A stretch of DNA of 64,000 nt from Octopus sinensis. Taxonomy: Eukaryota. This document shows positions 13,821 through 27,460 of this stretch, one piece after another. The DNA is taken from contig NC_043009.1 of NCBI RefSeq assembly GCF_006345805.1, positions 54,188,001-54,252,000 on the forward strand, written 5' to 3'. A program made the translations under genes and the position numbers. A model generated the notes under the pieces. It made no database searches. It had not been told where the DNA came from and saw only the letters and a program-made list of their open reading frames with translations. Positions within the stretch are counted from its first letter, which is position 1. Every line of letters begins with the position of its first letter.

Positions 13821-14240
13821 TATTTCTTTACTCCCCACAAAGGGGCTACACAGAGAGTGGACAAGCAAGGACAGACAAACAGATTAAGTCGATTATATCG
13901 ACTCCAGTGCGTAACTGGTACTTATTTAATCGACCCCGAAAGGATGAAAGGCAAAGTCGACCTCGGCGGAATTTGAACTCAGAACGTAACTGCAGACAAA
14001 ATACCTATCTCTTCACTACCCACAAGGGACTAAACACAGAGAGAGGACAAACAAGGACAGACAAACGGATTAAGTCGATTATATCGACCTTAGTGCGTAA
14101 CTGGTACTTATTTAATCGACCCCGAAAGGATGAAAGTCAAAGTCGACCTCGGCGGAATTTGAACTCAGAACGTAACGCAGACGAAATACCGCTATGCATT
14201 TCGCCCGGCGCGCTAACGTTTCTGCCAGCTCGCCGCCTTA
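13821..14240 (-). mobile_element. Tandem family-B SINE: full unit 14240-14006 plus 5'-truncated unit 14005-13821
   Basis: Same architecture and junction (aaatacc|tatctcttcac) as 8405-8771. Confidence 0.88.
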
Positions 14241-14249
14241 GGCATCTAG

Positions 14250-15010
14250 CAGAGGATGTGCGTTAGACAAGAAACCTCTCGTTATGAACCCCAATATCAA
14301 TGATGGCGCAGGAATTTCAACACTGAAATCCACTCTGAATCGGGGTAAAATTTGTAGACCCATTTACATTCCTTTAGGGGATCTTCAGAATTGTGATCTT
14401 GATAGAGTAAACCAAGAGAAACTTGCCTCGATGAAAACCGGCATGACCATGGTCCATCTCTGTCTCTCTGTCTCTCTGTCTCTCTGTCTCTCTCTCTCTC
14501 TCTATCTCTCTCTCTCACTCTTTCCCTCCTTTCTCTCTACGTCCAGCTGAATCAAGTGGAAATAAAGACCCATCAAAGTCAGAGAACTACATGCACCATT
14601 GCTAAAATGCTCTAACGCATGTAACAACATGGGCGTCAACAACTGTCCCATCCTATGAGAGAACCTCGAAACCCAGCACATTACCTTAAGAAATATCATC
14701 GATGAGTTGTAAACCAATAAGTTCACACTAGTTCTGTGTTTGATTGATTTCAAAACGGTATCATGATGAAGTAGTTGAAGTCTACGGTATCATGATGAAA
14801 ATAGTTGAAGACCACGCTGTCTTTTCCGAGTTATTTCAGATAAAAAAAAAGTCATGTACGTATTTACAAGAGCCAAAATTGCAATCCTGGACAGCAACAA
14901 GGAGGAATTTGACATATTCTCGTCGCTTTCTTCTTCCTTGTTGTCGCGGAAAACGCTCTAAATGCGTGGAGCTGTCGAACTGGGCAAGAGGCAGGTAACA
15001 GCAGTCGTTA
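14250..15010 (+). mobile_element. Highly decayed LINE RT fragment (RTE-like)
   Basis: Remnant motifs GNKDPSKSENY, LVLCLIDFK (compare F+DF.KAFD) and AKIAILDSNKEEFDI, with many stops. Confidence 0.42.
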
Positions 15011-15312
15011 AAAATCAATGATATTTAAATTCTCCTTCCTTAGAAGAACAAACATTGAATTGATTACTATTCTAAATATGATGTGGTCATAGAGGTGAAT
15101 ATATATTTTCGACATCACTGTTGTGAAGAGTTTGAACTGTAAACTATCTGCGGTGGTACACATACCAGGTAAGGTATAAACACCTGATGAGAAATCACTA
15201 CCAGGTGAGGTACACCCAACTTGACAATGTGCACCCAGTCAGGATACAAAAGACAGAATTATAGAAAACAAAGAAAATAAAGAAGAATAAAATATATGAG
15301 GCACGCTGTATA

Positions 15313-15402
<90 letters not shown>

Positions 15403-15967
15403 CGTTATACAACTCAACGCCAGCGCATTGACAAAAATATGTTATTCCTTATCAAATACCAACTACGTATACATTCTTAGATTGAAAACAACATCCACCA
15501 GCAACAATAACGCAACTAATGCAATTTTATAGATGGAAAACTGTACTAGATAGATCAAAGACTGTTTCGAGCAATAGGGATATTTGCTATTATTATTACT
15601 GTTCCTCTTCCCACTGCTAAGAGAGACCCACCTGTTACCAATTTTATCAACCTAATTACAGTAGCATATGATCTTTATCAGAAAAACATGTGAACTGATA
15701 TTATAAACATTTCATTTCTTTCAATGTTTTGACATTTTATTCCAGGATAAAGAGGTCGTATCAAAGGACCGAAACCGTTAATAGGTGGGTTATACACATA
15801 TGGGTGGGTTCGATAACAGTGCCCTGGAATCCACTTACCTGTAAACGTGAGGTACCCAAATATTTCCCCATCATAATGCAAAAATGTATATAAAATGCGA
15901 AATACTCAGAAATTACCAACTGACGCTAATAAGCAGAAAATATTACAGTGATCTGGATTAAAGCCTG

Positions 15968-16050
15968 TATTGGCTGGCCAAAAAAGCGGCTTCCTTCTTC
16001 CTGCTCTGCCATAGTAACCAAGTTTGTAGAGATACCTGACAGCTGATCTG
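15968..16050 (-). mobile_element. Short Tc1 transposase fragment
   Basis: Reverse complement aligns with 17683-17764 (cagatcagct.tcaggtatctcta.aaacttggttactatgg.agagcag.aagaaggaagcc). Confidence 0.75.
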
Positions 16051-16054
16051 TATT

Positions 16055-16378
16055 AATGTAGTAACACAGTTCTGTATAGAACATCCATGTTATAGTGGCA
16101 AAACAATGTTACCGTCTAGTATTGTTACTACTTATATCTCGTTCAGAGATTTTAGAAGTAGCTACTTTGCTCGTTATGAGATCAGCAGCTTTCTGCCACT
16201 TCTCTGTTTATATACGATGAGTAGAGACGTTAACCAGCTGGAAAAGATGTTTTCGTGGATTTCAAATGTAGTAACACAGTTCTGTATAGAACAGCGATTT
16301 TAAAGGTGTAACAAAATGTTACCGTCTAGTATTGTTAATACTTATATCTCGTTTAGAGATTTTAGAACTATGCTCGTT
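16055..16378. repeat. Direct duplication of about 115-120 bp (16055-16175 and 16264-16378)
   Basis: Shared aatgtagtaacacagttctgtatagaaca...tgttaccgtctagtattgtta.tacttatatctcgtt.agagattttagaa. Confidence 0.85.
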
Positions 16379-16382
16379 TGAT

Positions 16383-16538
16383 AGTGCTCGTGTGGTAAGT
16401 ATCTTGCTTATCAAGCACGTGGTTCCCGGTTCAGTCCCACTGTGTGGCACCTTGTTCAGGTGTCTTCTGCTATAGCTTCGGGCCAACCAAAGCCTTGTGA
16501 GTGGATTTGGTAGACGGAAACTGAAAGAAGCCCGTCGT
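16383..16538 (+). mobile_element. Family-A SINE 5' half
   Basis: gtgtggtaagtatcttgct...ggttcagtcccactg...gtagacggaaactgaaagaagcccgtcgt, then the internal TA tract. The 3' half is missing and the palindrome follows instead. Confidence 0.85.
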
Positions 16539-16616
16539 ATATATATATATATATATTTTTAAAATAATAAGTATATGAAAGAATGGAGTTGAACGACTAG
16601 TTAACAAATATCCTTT

Positions 16617-16701
16617 ATTCTCGACATATGTTTCGAAGGCTGCATATTCCTAATTCCGATGGAATAAGGAGTACATTATGCAGATTTCTCATCAGGAAAA
16701 T
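16617..16701 (-). ncRNA. Minimal type-I hammerhead ribozyme (mirror copy in left arm)
   Basis: Exact reverse complement of 16843-16927. Confidence 0.8.
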
Positions 16702-16842
16702 CAAGGAACTTATGTCGACATCAAAATTCACAAAAAACGTTTAGCTGACCGCTCTCAAGGAGCCCATATTATCGCCATGGGCTCCTTGAGAGCGGTCAAC
16801 TAAAAGTTTTTTGTGAATTTTGATGTCGACATAAGTTCCTTG

Positions 16843-16927
16843 ATTTTCCTGATGAGAAATCTGCATAATGTACTCCTTATTCCATCGGAATTAGGAATAT
16901 GCAGCCTTCGAAACATATGTCGAGAAT
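16843..16927 (+). ncRNA. Minimal type-I hammerhead ribozyme (Penelope-type)
   Basis: Stem I attttc/gagaat; core CTGATGA 16849-16855; stem II gaa/ttc plus ctgcata/tatgcag with inner ttcc-atc-ggaa hairpin; GAAA 16910-16913; palindromic stem III CATATG; GUC cleavage site after 16921. Confidence 0.82.
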
Positions 16928-17158
16928 AAAGGATATTTGTTAACTAGTCGTTCAACTCCATTCTTTCATATACTTATTATTTTAAAATAAACATACAAAT
17001 TTCCGCACGAAGACACGTAGTCTATGCCCTAGGGACGTAGCTTCAACCGTGTTCTTTCTGATGTGAATTTGCTACCCAGGTATCGGCTATCTTTCGAATT
17101 ATCCTTAATAAGATAATTCATTCAATTACTCAAATATTATATATATATATATATGCGC

Positions 17159-17192
<34 letters not shown>

Positions 17193-17199
17193 ATATATA

Positions 17200-17247
<48 letters not shown>

Positions 17248-17388
17248 GTGCATATATATATGTGTGTGTATATATATATATACAGCAGACCATAAAACAT
17301 TGCTTTATGGTTATTATAACTTGTAAGGTTTATATTTTTTTAGAATTGACATTTTTATGTTTTAGGTTCTACATGTGACTTTTTAATT

Positions 17389-18300
17389 ATGCCATGTACA
17401 AAAGAAACGTTGAAACTGTCTGAATTTCAAAGAGGCCATATTGTGGAACACTCTGAAGGTGGATATAGTCTGAGTAAAATCATAGAAAACGTTGAGATCC
17501 CTCTTCTTCCAGTTAATAGAGTGATTGTGCATACAATTCACCAAAGAGGAGAAGGAGTCCACATCACCACGCCCAGTTTGACCAGGGCTCTCTGACAAGA
17601 CCATTCTCTTTGTTAAGAAAAGTATGGAGGATAATCCTCGTTGCAAGACCTATGGCATAGCAGAAAACGTTGATGTCAGTGCCAGATCAGCTCTCAGGTA
17701 TCTCTATAAACTTGGTTACTATGGTAGAGCAGCAAGAAGGAAGCCACTTCTTTGACCAGCCACTATCAATCGGAGAAAAGATTGGGCCAGTGAGATGGTA
17801 TAGAGGCCACTGTCATTTTGGGGCACTGTCATATTCTCCAATGAGTCCAGATTTGCTGTATTTCCTGACAGTAGTGAAGTCTAGAGACCCTGTGAACAAC
17901 GATTTTATGTGAAAAGTTTGCAGCCAACAAAGAAACATGCCAGCTATGCTGTGATGGTCCGGGAAGCAATTTGAAGCAATGGTCAATCAGAGCTAGTGGA
18001 TTATGAGAGAAAATTAAACTCAGATTAATATTCCTTACAATCTTCTCCAGTGGTGAAATAAATAAAGACAACTCTTCCTTTATGGAAGATGTGACCCCTT
18101 GACACACGGGTAAAATGACCCAAGATTTTTTGGATGAGAATAACATTAAAAAGCTTCCATGGTGAAGCCAGTCACCAGATATGAACTCTTTTAACACCTC
18201 TGAGGCATAATGTACAGGACACTTCATAAAAACAACAAGAACGCATCTTCAAAGCCATATCTTTTAAGATTGCTCCATGGAACTTGGCAAGAAATTCTTC
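17389..18300 (+). mobile_element. Decayed Tc1-family transposase (DD34E spacing)
   Basis: MPCTKETLKLSEFQRGHIV..., RAARRKPLL, FSNESRF, MEDVTP*H, PW*SQSPDMN; the catalytic-Glu position lies 34 residues after the second Asp. TIRs not resolved. Confidence 0.8.
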
Positions 18301-18747
18301 AAGAGAATATTCATCCTCCACACACACCCACACACACACATATAACACACACACATGCATGTTAGAAAAGTTCCTTTCACAAATAAGAACATAGATGTTG
18401 GACGAAAATGGTGCATCATCATAGTGATTCTGTAAATTTGCCAGGGCCCATGAAGTTCAACCGGCAGGGTGATGCGGGTGGCAAGGATTGAAATAATAGT
18501 AGATTGGGTAGGGGTAGATTAATTATCTTGGAATCCGTGAATCCGTGAACGGTTGTCAATGGTGAACTAATGTCGAAGGAAAAGGAAGGGACAAGTGAGG
18601 TGACTTAGGCTGCACAGACAGACACACAGACCACACGCAAGTACACAGTCACAGACATACATGCGTGCGTTTGTATCTACAAATATACGTACATATTCAT
18701 ATGCATGTATTTGTCTATGTATGTGTGTATGTATGTATGTATGTATG

Positions 18748-18788
<41 letters not shown>

Positions 18789-19326
18789 ATGTATATATGT
18801 ATATATATATATAGAGAGAGAGAGAGGGGGGGGAGATAGAGGGGCGAGAGAGAGACGTAGATGCGCGTGAGTACATGATTGTTTTACTTTGAATATCTGT
18901 ATGTAGATCAGTTGACCTATTGACTTTCTGTACGTGATGACAATTATATTAATATTATTGCTATTATCATTATTACCAAATAATTATCAAGAGATATAAT
19001 TAATAAGGTTAGATTTGGCCGACGCTCAAATTTACGTTAAGCAACGTTAGAGAGTCTGGTAAATGTCATAGCTTCCCCGCTTTTGCTTATGCCTGATGTT
19101 CGAGACTAAACGGTGCCAAAATGTGACACGCGAACAAGCAACGTTGAGTCTGTGCCATTCTAATTCCAGAACTCTTTACTAACAGCGTTGTTTCATACGC
19201 ATTTGCTATGTTATTCAAAGGTCATTGATTTTAAGCCGTAGGGTTCTGAAACTTTGCAAACGGACATTCATTTTGTATTCACTTTAGATAGGATTGATAT
19301 TTTTGATCACTTTTCCAAAATATATA

Positions 19327-19715
19327 GGTAGGCACAGAAGTTGCTTACTAACCCCATGGTTCCGGGTTCAATCCCACTGCATGACACCTTGGGCAAGTGT
19401 CTTCTACTATAGCCTCGGCCGATCAAAGACTTGTGAGTGGATTTGGGAGACGGAAACTGAAAGAAGTCCGTCATATATATATATATACGTGTGTATGTTT
19501 GTGTGCCTGAGTGTATCCCCTAACATCGCTTGACAACTGATGCTGGTGGGTTTACGTCTCTGTATCTTAGCGGTTCGGCAAGAGAGACCGATAGAATAAG
19601 TAATAGGCTTTCAAAGAATATGTCCTGGCACCGATTTGCTCGACTAAACGCGGTACTCCAGCATGGCCGCAGTCAAATGACTGAAACAAGTAAAAGACTA
19701 AAAAGAGTAAGAGAG
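19327..19715 (+). mobile_element. Family-A SINE, full length
   Basis: Head gggttcaatcccactgc, accttgggcaagtgtctt, short TA/TG linker, tail gcatggccgcagtcaaatgactgaaacaagtaaaaga. Confidence 0.88.
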
Positions 19716-20134
19716 TTATTTTCTTATATTTGTAAAATGTAAACACCTTCGGAAGAAATCAGTTGCGTTATGTGAATTGCATATTGATTCTTTCGTCACA
19801 CTGCCGGTTGAGACCGTAAATTGGGGAATGCCTTTTTCATGTTAAATCTTCATAATAATTTAGGAGGGGAAAAGAGAGACTTAAAGATGGACCAAGGACT
19901 GACGTCATGCAACAGCTAGCACTGAGGAAAACGCTGGTCGTGTTCACATGCTGATGAATGACAGGTGGTTGGCGCTAACTCAATAGTCAATACTATTAGC
20001 ACATCGCGTGCGAGAGTTTAGAGTATTGTGTACAATGAACTTGGCATGACGAAAGTTTCTGCCTGATGAGTGCCTTCTGACACCTGATTAAAAGTACACA
20101 GGAATGACCACATTTAAAAAAATTTTTTTTTTAT

Positions 20135-20525
20135 ACTTGCTTCAGTCATTTGACTGCGGCCATGCTGGAGCACCGCCTTTAGTCGAGCAAATCAACCCCA
20201 GGACTTATTCTTTGTAAGCCCAGTACTTATTCTATCGGTCTCTTTTGCCGAACCGCTAAGTGACGGGAACGTAAACACACCAGCATCGGTTGTCAAGCAA
20301 TGCTAGGGGGACAAACACAGATACACAAACATATACACACACACACATATATATATATACATATATACGACAGGCTTCTTTCAGTTTCCGTCTACCAAAT
20401 CCACTCACAAGGCATTGGTCGGCCCGGGGCTATAGCAGAAGACACTTGCCCAAGATACCACGCAGTGGGACTGAACCCGGAACCATGTGGTTGGTTAGCA
20501 AGCTACTTATCACACAGCCACTCCT
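20135..20525 (-). mobile_element. Family-A SINE, full length
   Basis: Colinear with, and very similar to, 2876-3320. Confidence 0.9.
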
Positions 20526-20689
20526 GCCACTTCATAGGAAAATTAGAAATTGTTTCAAGCAAATCCAGTTGGTTTCCTTGAAAGTTCCCTAAGGCAGGAT
20601 CAGTGTTGGTCGCATCGCTTTGACAATTCATGCAGCATAAACACCCCTCCTCACCTGCCCTAAAGAACACCATGGTTGTTTCATAGCAG

Positions 20690-21175
20690 AGAAGATGACG
20701 ACTTTAGATTTTGGAATCCAAAAGGCATTGTCTTATTGACTACCTTCAAAATGACCACACCATCAACGGAGAGTAGTATGCCAACTAAATGAGACAGTTA
20801 AGAAAGGCTATCAAGAAAGACTATCAAGAAAGGCCCAGGAAACATGAAGAAAGTGATCTCTTTTCATCAAGACGAAGCCCCAGTAAACTAGTTCTTCATT
20901 TCAATGGCTGCTATCCTATCGATTTAGCCCATCTGGCTATCATCTGTGCCTCAACATAAATAACACTTGGCTGGGAACTAGTATCACTATGTTGAGGATG
21001 TCAGATCTGCTGGTAATAACGTTTTGACTAAAAGGATGAAACTTTTTCCCCAATGAGATCCAAGCGCTGCAACAATGATGGAAGAAGTGTATGGACCTTA
21101 AGGAAAATAAACCTCATGTTCATTTTCCATGAGAATGTCTTGGTCAGCCTATTAACTTTTCAGCCGACCTTCATA
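20690..21175 (+). mobile_element. Mariner transposase 3' half relic
   Basis: WNPKGIV, DYLQNDHTINGE, FHQDEAP, DLAPSGYHL, then a probable right TIR (gcctattaacttttcagccgaccttcata). Confidence 0.7.
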
Positions 21176-21981
21176 TATTGTTTTCCTCTTTATCTTTCAA
21201 CCTTTGTTTTTGTTGTTCCACTTCTTTCTTGTTTTCAATGTTTTATTATATATAATTCTGCGGATGAAATGAAATTTTAGTCAATGTTGTCACCATTATC
21301 AGATGTACAAATGCATATGAGCATAACATTTACTCCCTAAGTAGGGGACGAGACAAATGATATTTCTTCCATATAGACACGCTACTGTTAGCCCATCCAG
21401 ATATACAGTTCAGACTATGTTATATATTCTCTGGAATATCACCCATGCACTGTAGAAAATGCTTGTGTATAGGTTTAGCGATCTTGTTTCCAGACTAGCA
21501 TATTCTGTAGCACACTTATTACCTCATAAAACACGCGCACACACATGCTATATACACCAGTACACATAAGAACTCCTACACAAACATATGCATATATTCG
21601 TGCATGCAATCAGCCCCAATTACACAAGATGCGTTTATGTATGACATCCATGAAAATCAGCAGTTCGATACGAAAGTTTAACTACGTGAGGAAAACGATT
21701 TTCCTCCATTCATTTCTGACTTTGTATTACTTATGTATATCTATACATGTGTGCATATGTGTGTGCGTTTGAATGCCTGCGTGTGTGTGTGTGTGTGTGC
21801 GTGTGCATATGCTTCTTTTGCTTGCTTTTTCATGTTTTACATCCGAACATCCGAATAATATTTTTTTTCTTTCTCAGCGGGTGTTGATAGTTTGAAAGTT
21901 TGGGATATATATACATGCGTGTATGTGCTGGAAAACAGGCATGTATGCATGTATATAAACATATCATATATATATATATAT

Positions 21982-22026
<45 letters not shown>

Positions 22027-22030
<4 letters not shown>

Positions 22031-22495
22031 TGTATATATGTATATATATGTATATTATATATATGTATATGGATATATATATGTACATGCATATATAATA
22101 TTATATACATATATATACATAATAAATATATATATATATATACAGATATATAAATGCATATATATATATATATATGTATACATTAATATATTTATATATA
22201 TAATATTTAAATGCATTTTGTATGCGCGTATCTATATATATATATATATATATATTATGCATTTATATATGCATGTATATATGTATATATATGTATATAT
22301 ATATATGTATATGTATATATATATGTACATGCATATATAATATTATATACATATATATACATATATAAATATATATATATATATATACAGATATATAAAA
22401 ATGCATATATATATATATATGTATACATTAATATATTTATATATAAATATTTAAATGCATATTTGTATGCGCGTATGTATATATATATATATACT
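22027..22495. repeat. Tandem duplication (period about 240 bp) of a TA-rich unit
   Basis: The landmarks gtacatgcatatataatattatatac, tacagatatataaa and tttaaatgcat...tgtatgcgcgtat each occur twice. Confidence 0.8.
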
Positions 22496-22679
22496 GTTTG
22501 CATTGCGTGAGTAGAGTCGGAGTGTCTGTTTATATGTGCGTGTTTGTGTCTTCTTTGGTGGCTCTCCTGCGGTTTATTGGTAGGTGGCGGATGTATGTCT
22601 GCAAAGAGTGCGTGGGTAGATGCGTTGTGTTTATAGTCGATGCACAATAACATGCACTCGGATTAGATAGATCTGTAGG

Positions 22680-22731
22680 AATAATAATGATGATAATAAT
22701 AATAATAACAATAATAATAATAATAATGATG

Positions 22732-22772
<41 letters not shown>

Positions 22773-22773
22773 G

Positions 22774-22822
<49 letters not shown>

Positions 22823-23043
22823 TGATGATGATGATGATAATAATAATAATAAAAATAGTAATAATAATAATGATAATAATAATAATAATAATAATAATAA
22901 TATAATAATAATGCCTGGTGTACCTTTATCAGACGGTAGTCATGATGGGTATATTGGGCTTCGTATATTTTACCCCAGTGTCACTTTGATGGCATGAACT
23001 GCTCTCTCACTCATAATATATAATAATATAATAATAATAATAT

Positions 23044-23078
<35 letters not shown>

Positions 23079-23099
23079 TATATAATTAATAATATAATA

Positions 23100-23134
<35 letters not shown>

Positions 23135-23500
23135 TAATAATAATAGTAATAAAATAATAATAATAGTAATAATAATAATAATGAAATAATAATGCGAATA
23201 TAAAACAGTAGAAGGAACCACAAAATTTATTTATGAAATATATATCTTAACAATGATAGCAAGTAGTAGTAGTAGTAGTGGTGGTGGTGATGATGGTGGT
23301 GGTGGTGGTGGTGGTGGTGGTAGTTATAGTACTAGTAGTAGTAGTAGTAGTAGTTACATTTTAATAATATTAACAGCTTCATAGTGATGGTTTCGCTGTT
23401 GTTGGTGATGATGCTGTTGTTGGTGATTATGGTGATGATAGCGGCGGTGATGGTGATGGTGGTGATTACGATAATGATGACAACGGTGATGAACATTTCA
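22680..23500. repeat. (AAT)n/(GAT)n tracts followed by (GTA)/(GGT) trinucleotide tracts
   Basis: Directly visible; source of the poly-Ile ORF. Confidence 0.9.
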
Positions 23501-23733
23501 TTTCATCCCAGGGATTATTTATAATAAACTAATTAAAATCAAGGAAGAAATGAATTGCAAAAAAAAATAAATAAAAAATAAATAAATAAATAAAATAGAG
23601 GCCGAAAGATAAAAAGAAGTAACTTCAATGTTCGAATCAAATTCTATGGCTAATTCAATTGATTTTTTTTTCTCTCTCATTGTCTCTTGCTATTTCTAAC
23701 TCTCAAATAACTGTGTGGGAGTGTTTCTCTCTC

Positions 23734-23780
<47 letters not shown>

Positions 23781-23799
23781 CTCCCTCTCTGTCTCTGTC

Positions 23800-23859
<60 letters not shown>

Positions 23860-24104
23860 GATATATACATATATATAAAGATATATATACACACATATAT
23901 ATAAAGATATATATACATATATATATATAAAGATATATAACATATATATATATGTATACATACATATTAACTATATGCATACACGACATATATATATCAT
24001 ATATATTTGTGTATGTATGTCTATGTGTGTATCATAAATACGCATGCATATAAAAATATACCAGTATATAACACAAATACGAAAATAATATATTATATAT
24101 ATAT

Positions 24105-24135
<31 letters not shown>

Positions 24136-24604
24136 AAGACTAGAAACTCGGTAATTATGTAGGTATATAGATAACTCGGTAGTTATATAGTTGTAAAACA
24201 TACGTATATAATATACATACAGAAATTCGGTGGATGGTAAAGTTTATATAATTCCAGGTACGTATGTAGCTAAGCCGGTAGTGTATATGTGAAAGGTTGA
24301 CTGTTGATGTGATCATTACAGACTTGAAGTGTTTGTTTATGAATACATCATATGTATACAGACGTACGCTTGCATATATGTGTATTTGTGTGTGTGTGTG
24401 TATATATACACTCATATACGCACAATTATATACACACACATATATACGTAGTGATAATGTATATCTGGGTTTGTTATATTTTGTTTACATAAACATCAAC
24501 AACATCAACACATAGGGCTATATATATAACTGAATATGAATGTTAGATGTCTTTTTCATTATCTCTGTTCTGCCTTACTTTCTCAATCTCTCTCTCTCTC
24601 TTTT

Positions 24605-24657
<53 letters not shown>

Positions 24658-27355
24658 TTCTTGCTTCCATATTTAGGATTACTAATCCATCAATAGATAA
24701 CTTCTGTTCACATATTGATACTATAACTAGTTACAGGTTCAGGAGTTCAGTTATATTAATATATCTTTTGTTACCTAGGCACAATTAATGGATTCCGAGG
24801 GTCAATAAGGTGGTCTGTAGATCTGCTAGAAATAGCCAGCAATATTCATTCAAATGATTCCCTACTCATTTACATATGCAATGGACATTTTAGAATCTGC
24901 CCTATGGCCAACATGGTGAGGAGCGTAACATATCTTTAATCATAGATCAACTGAACAAGGAAAGCCTGTGTTTAGAAAAGAACGTAGTGTATTTATCTTA
25001 TGGTGGTGGTGGTGATGGTGGTGGTGGTGATGGTGGTGGTTGCGGCGGCGGCGGTGGCTGCGGGGCCGCGAGGGTGGTGATGGTAGCAGTGCAGGAACAG
25101 CTACCTCTGTTATTAAATATATTTGCACGTGACAATTTCCTATTAAGTTCTCGTCATGCCAGTAATTTACCATTCTACATTATCTTCTAATAAATCCAAA
25201 CTACTGATGTTGTCTCGATAAAATTCATACAGTGCCACGTACTGAAAATAGAAGCATAGAACCTTCCACTATGACATTCATAAAATTGCAATGGTTTCTT
25301 CTATAAATAATTCCCTAAAAATCACCAAAACTAAAGACTGAATTAAATGCTTTCAGAAGCCTCGAAACAAACTGTATTGCTTCTTATAACAAGTTTTCAT
25401 TTGCAACTGAACCGCAACAAATTTAGTTTACATGTCCGTGATTATGTTACTACCGAATAAGGATTTAGATTCGAATTGCATAAATTCTGAGATGAAGCCA
25501 TTTATTCTTTGATTTATACGTCGAAGCAGTCTTGTATTGCGGTATTAAAACAGTAGCATTACAGTGACCAATCCTATCAGTATACCCCTATAATAGTCGT
25601 CTACTGTGATCTCTCATAACACATCACTGCAATTTCTGAAAACTCTAAGCTTGGCTATAATTGGATTCTACTCATACTGATAACCAAAATCAGTTATTAA
25701 CATATCATTAGTGTCGCAAATAGCTAGCGGGTGAGGTGAAAAATTCGTTCCTCGGAGGAACAATCTAGATAGTTAAAAACAGTAGAGAACACACATATAA
25801 CGTATATATACATATATGAAAATACACACGTATACTTTCCGCACACGCGTGCACGGATACACATACGCAATATAGCACGCCGGATTTGTGTTTACAAAAA
25901 CAATTCTATTTACTAAATGATCAAAAGACGGAACTCAAAACAACTCCATATAGAAGTTAAAAGAAATTCTTCTGTCGATGTTAGCTCAGGCTATTTTTCG
26001 TTTCATTTCATTTCTCACGGTGAGCTATCTCCAAACGAAGTTGCTTCATGGTGAAGTACCACCTCTATACGTTTGGCTGATATAGTAAACATCAGGCTTG
26101 CTAGTTTTATATGAATACGTTTCACACTCTGTCAATCGAGACACAGATCGTCACCTTAGTTGAAGTTCATCAATTGGTAAACCGGACGAAGCCGACCCAA
26201 AACTAGTGCCAAATCGTCGAAATTTCTCTTGTATCACCCAACATTACTGAAGATCTCAACATCACTCTCCTTGCGTGAGGTTTCTATCTGCATGTGAAAT
26301 AATAAGCAATTAGAAGTGAAATGACCTAACCTAGGGTAACGAATATATGTACGCGTGAATGTGTGTGTGTGCTTCATGTGTGTGTGTGTGCGCGTGTGTG
26401 ATTGAACATATATTCCTTATATTTATACATATCATCTCTCTGTCACTCTGTCTTCCCCTCTCTCTCTCTCTAACACAACGCCTCTCCCTTTTCTTGTGCC
26501 GTGTTCATACATACATACACACATACACACACACACACACTCACAAACACACACACTCACACACACACACACACATATATATATACATATATATATATAT
26601 ATAAAGCGAGAGAGGGTGAGTGAGAGAGGGAATTATATATATACATGTATGCATGTATATATGTATGTATGTACGTATGTGTGTATGTATGTATATATAT
26701 GTATATATATGTTTTATATATATATATTGTATATATATATATATATATAGTATATATATTATAAATTATATATATATATATATAATATATATTATATATA
26801 TATATACTGTATATATATATACTGTATATCTGTATATATATATGTGTGTGTTTGTATATTATATATTTACAAACATGCATACATATACTTGAAACTAGAA
26901 ATGGTTTGTTTACGTCTCCATACCTTAGTAGTTCAGGAAAAATATCGTTACAAAAAGTACCTAGTATACAAAAGTAATGAGTACACAAGTCGATTCATTC
27001 ACGTGTCAGAAGGAACGGCCAGTTATATTGTCCACGAAGACATCAGATATAAGTCTTATATGATGGGATCTAAAAGGCTCTTAAACAAACTGAAAATCTA
27101 GCAGAAGATTTCATTTACACCAGCGAATCATCTGATGTAAAGATCGCGTTAACAAAGAGATGTGGTTTCGACTCCCACGCGGATAGGAAAGCCTTCTTTT
27201 GTCTGTCGAGGGCTTTTATGCCTGTTTATCACACTATTTTCCTTCATCTGTGCACGGTGATCGCCATAAACTTTAAGCTTATATGAAAATACCATTCTCA
27301 TTATTTACAGGATTGTAAATCACGGTGCCGTAACTATAACCATTCGCACCGAAAG

Positions 27356-27397
<42 letters not shown>

Positions 27398-27460
27398 TGT
27401 CTGTCTGTCAGTGTCTGTGTGTGTGTAAGTATATATATATATGTATATATAATATATGTA

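Larger units (their letters stand above)
16557..16987. repeat. 431-bp palindrome: 211-bp arms, 9-nt spacer, 2 mismatches
   Basis: 16557-16767 is the reverse complement of 16777-16987; spacer attatcgcc; the mismatches fall in aaaaaacgtttagctgaccg versus cggtcaactaaaagtttttt. Confidence 0.95.

Noticed and set aside
15170-15240. CTGATGAGAAATC resembling the start of the hammerhead at 16849
   Set aside because: No paired stem II or downstream GAAA-stem III-UH.
15678-15881. Minus-strand ORF with a CAG|GTAAGT donor as a possible host exon
   Set aside because: No recognisable domain, no clear acceptor, and it adjoins Tc1 debris.
20040-20080. GAAA...CTGATGAG as a possible type-II hammerhead
   Set aside because: Stems I and III cannot form.
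22687-23500. Trinucleotide tracts as coding low-complexity exons
   Set aside because: No splice signals or flanking coding sequence; such tracts are common throughout this DNA.
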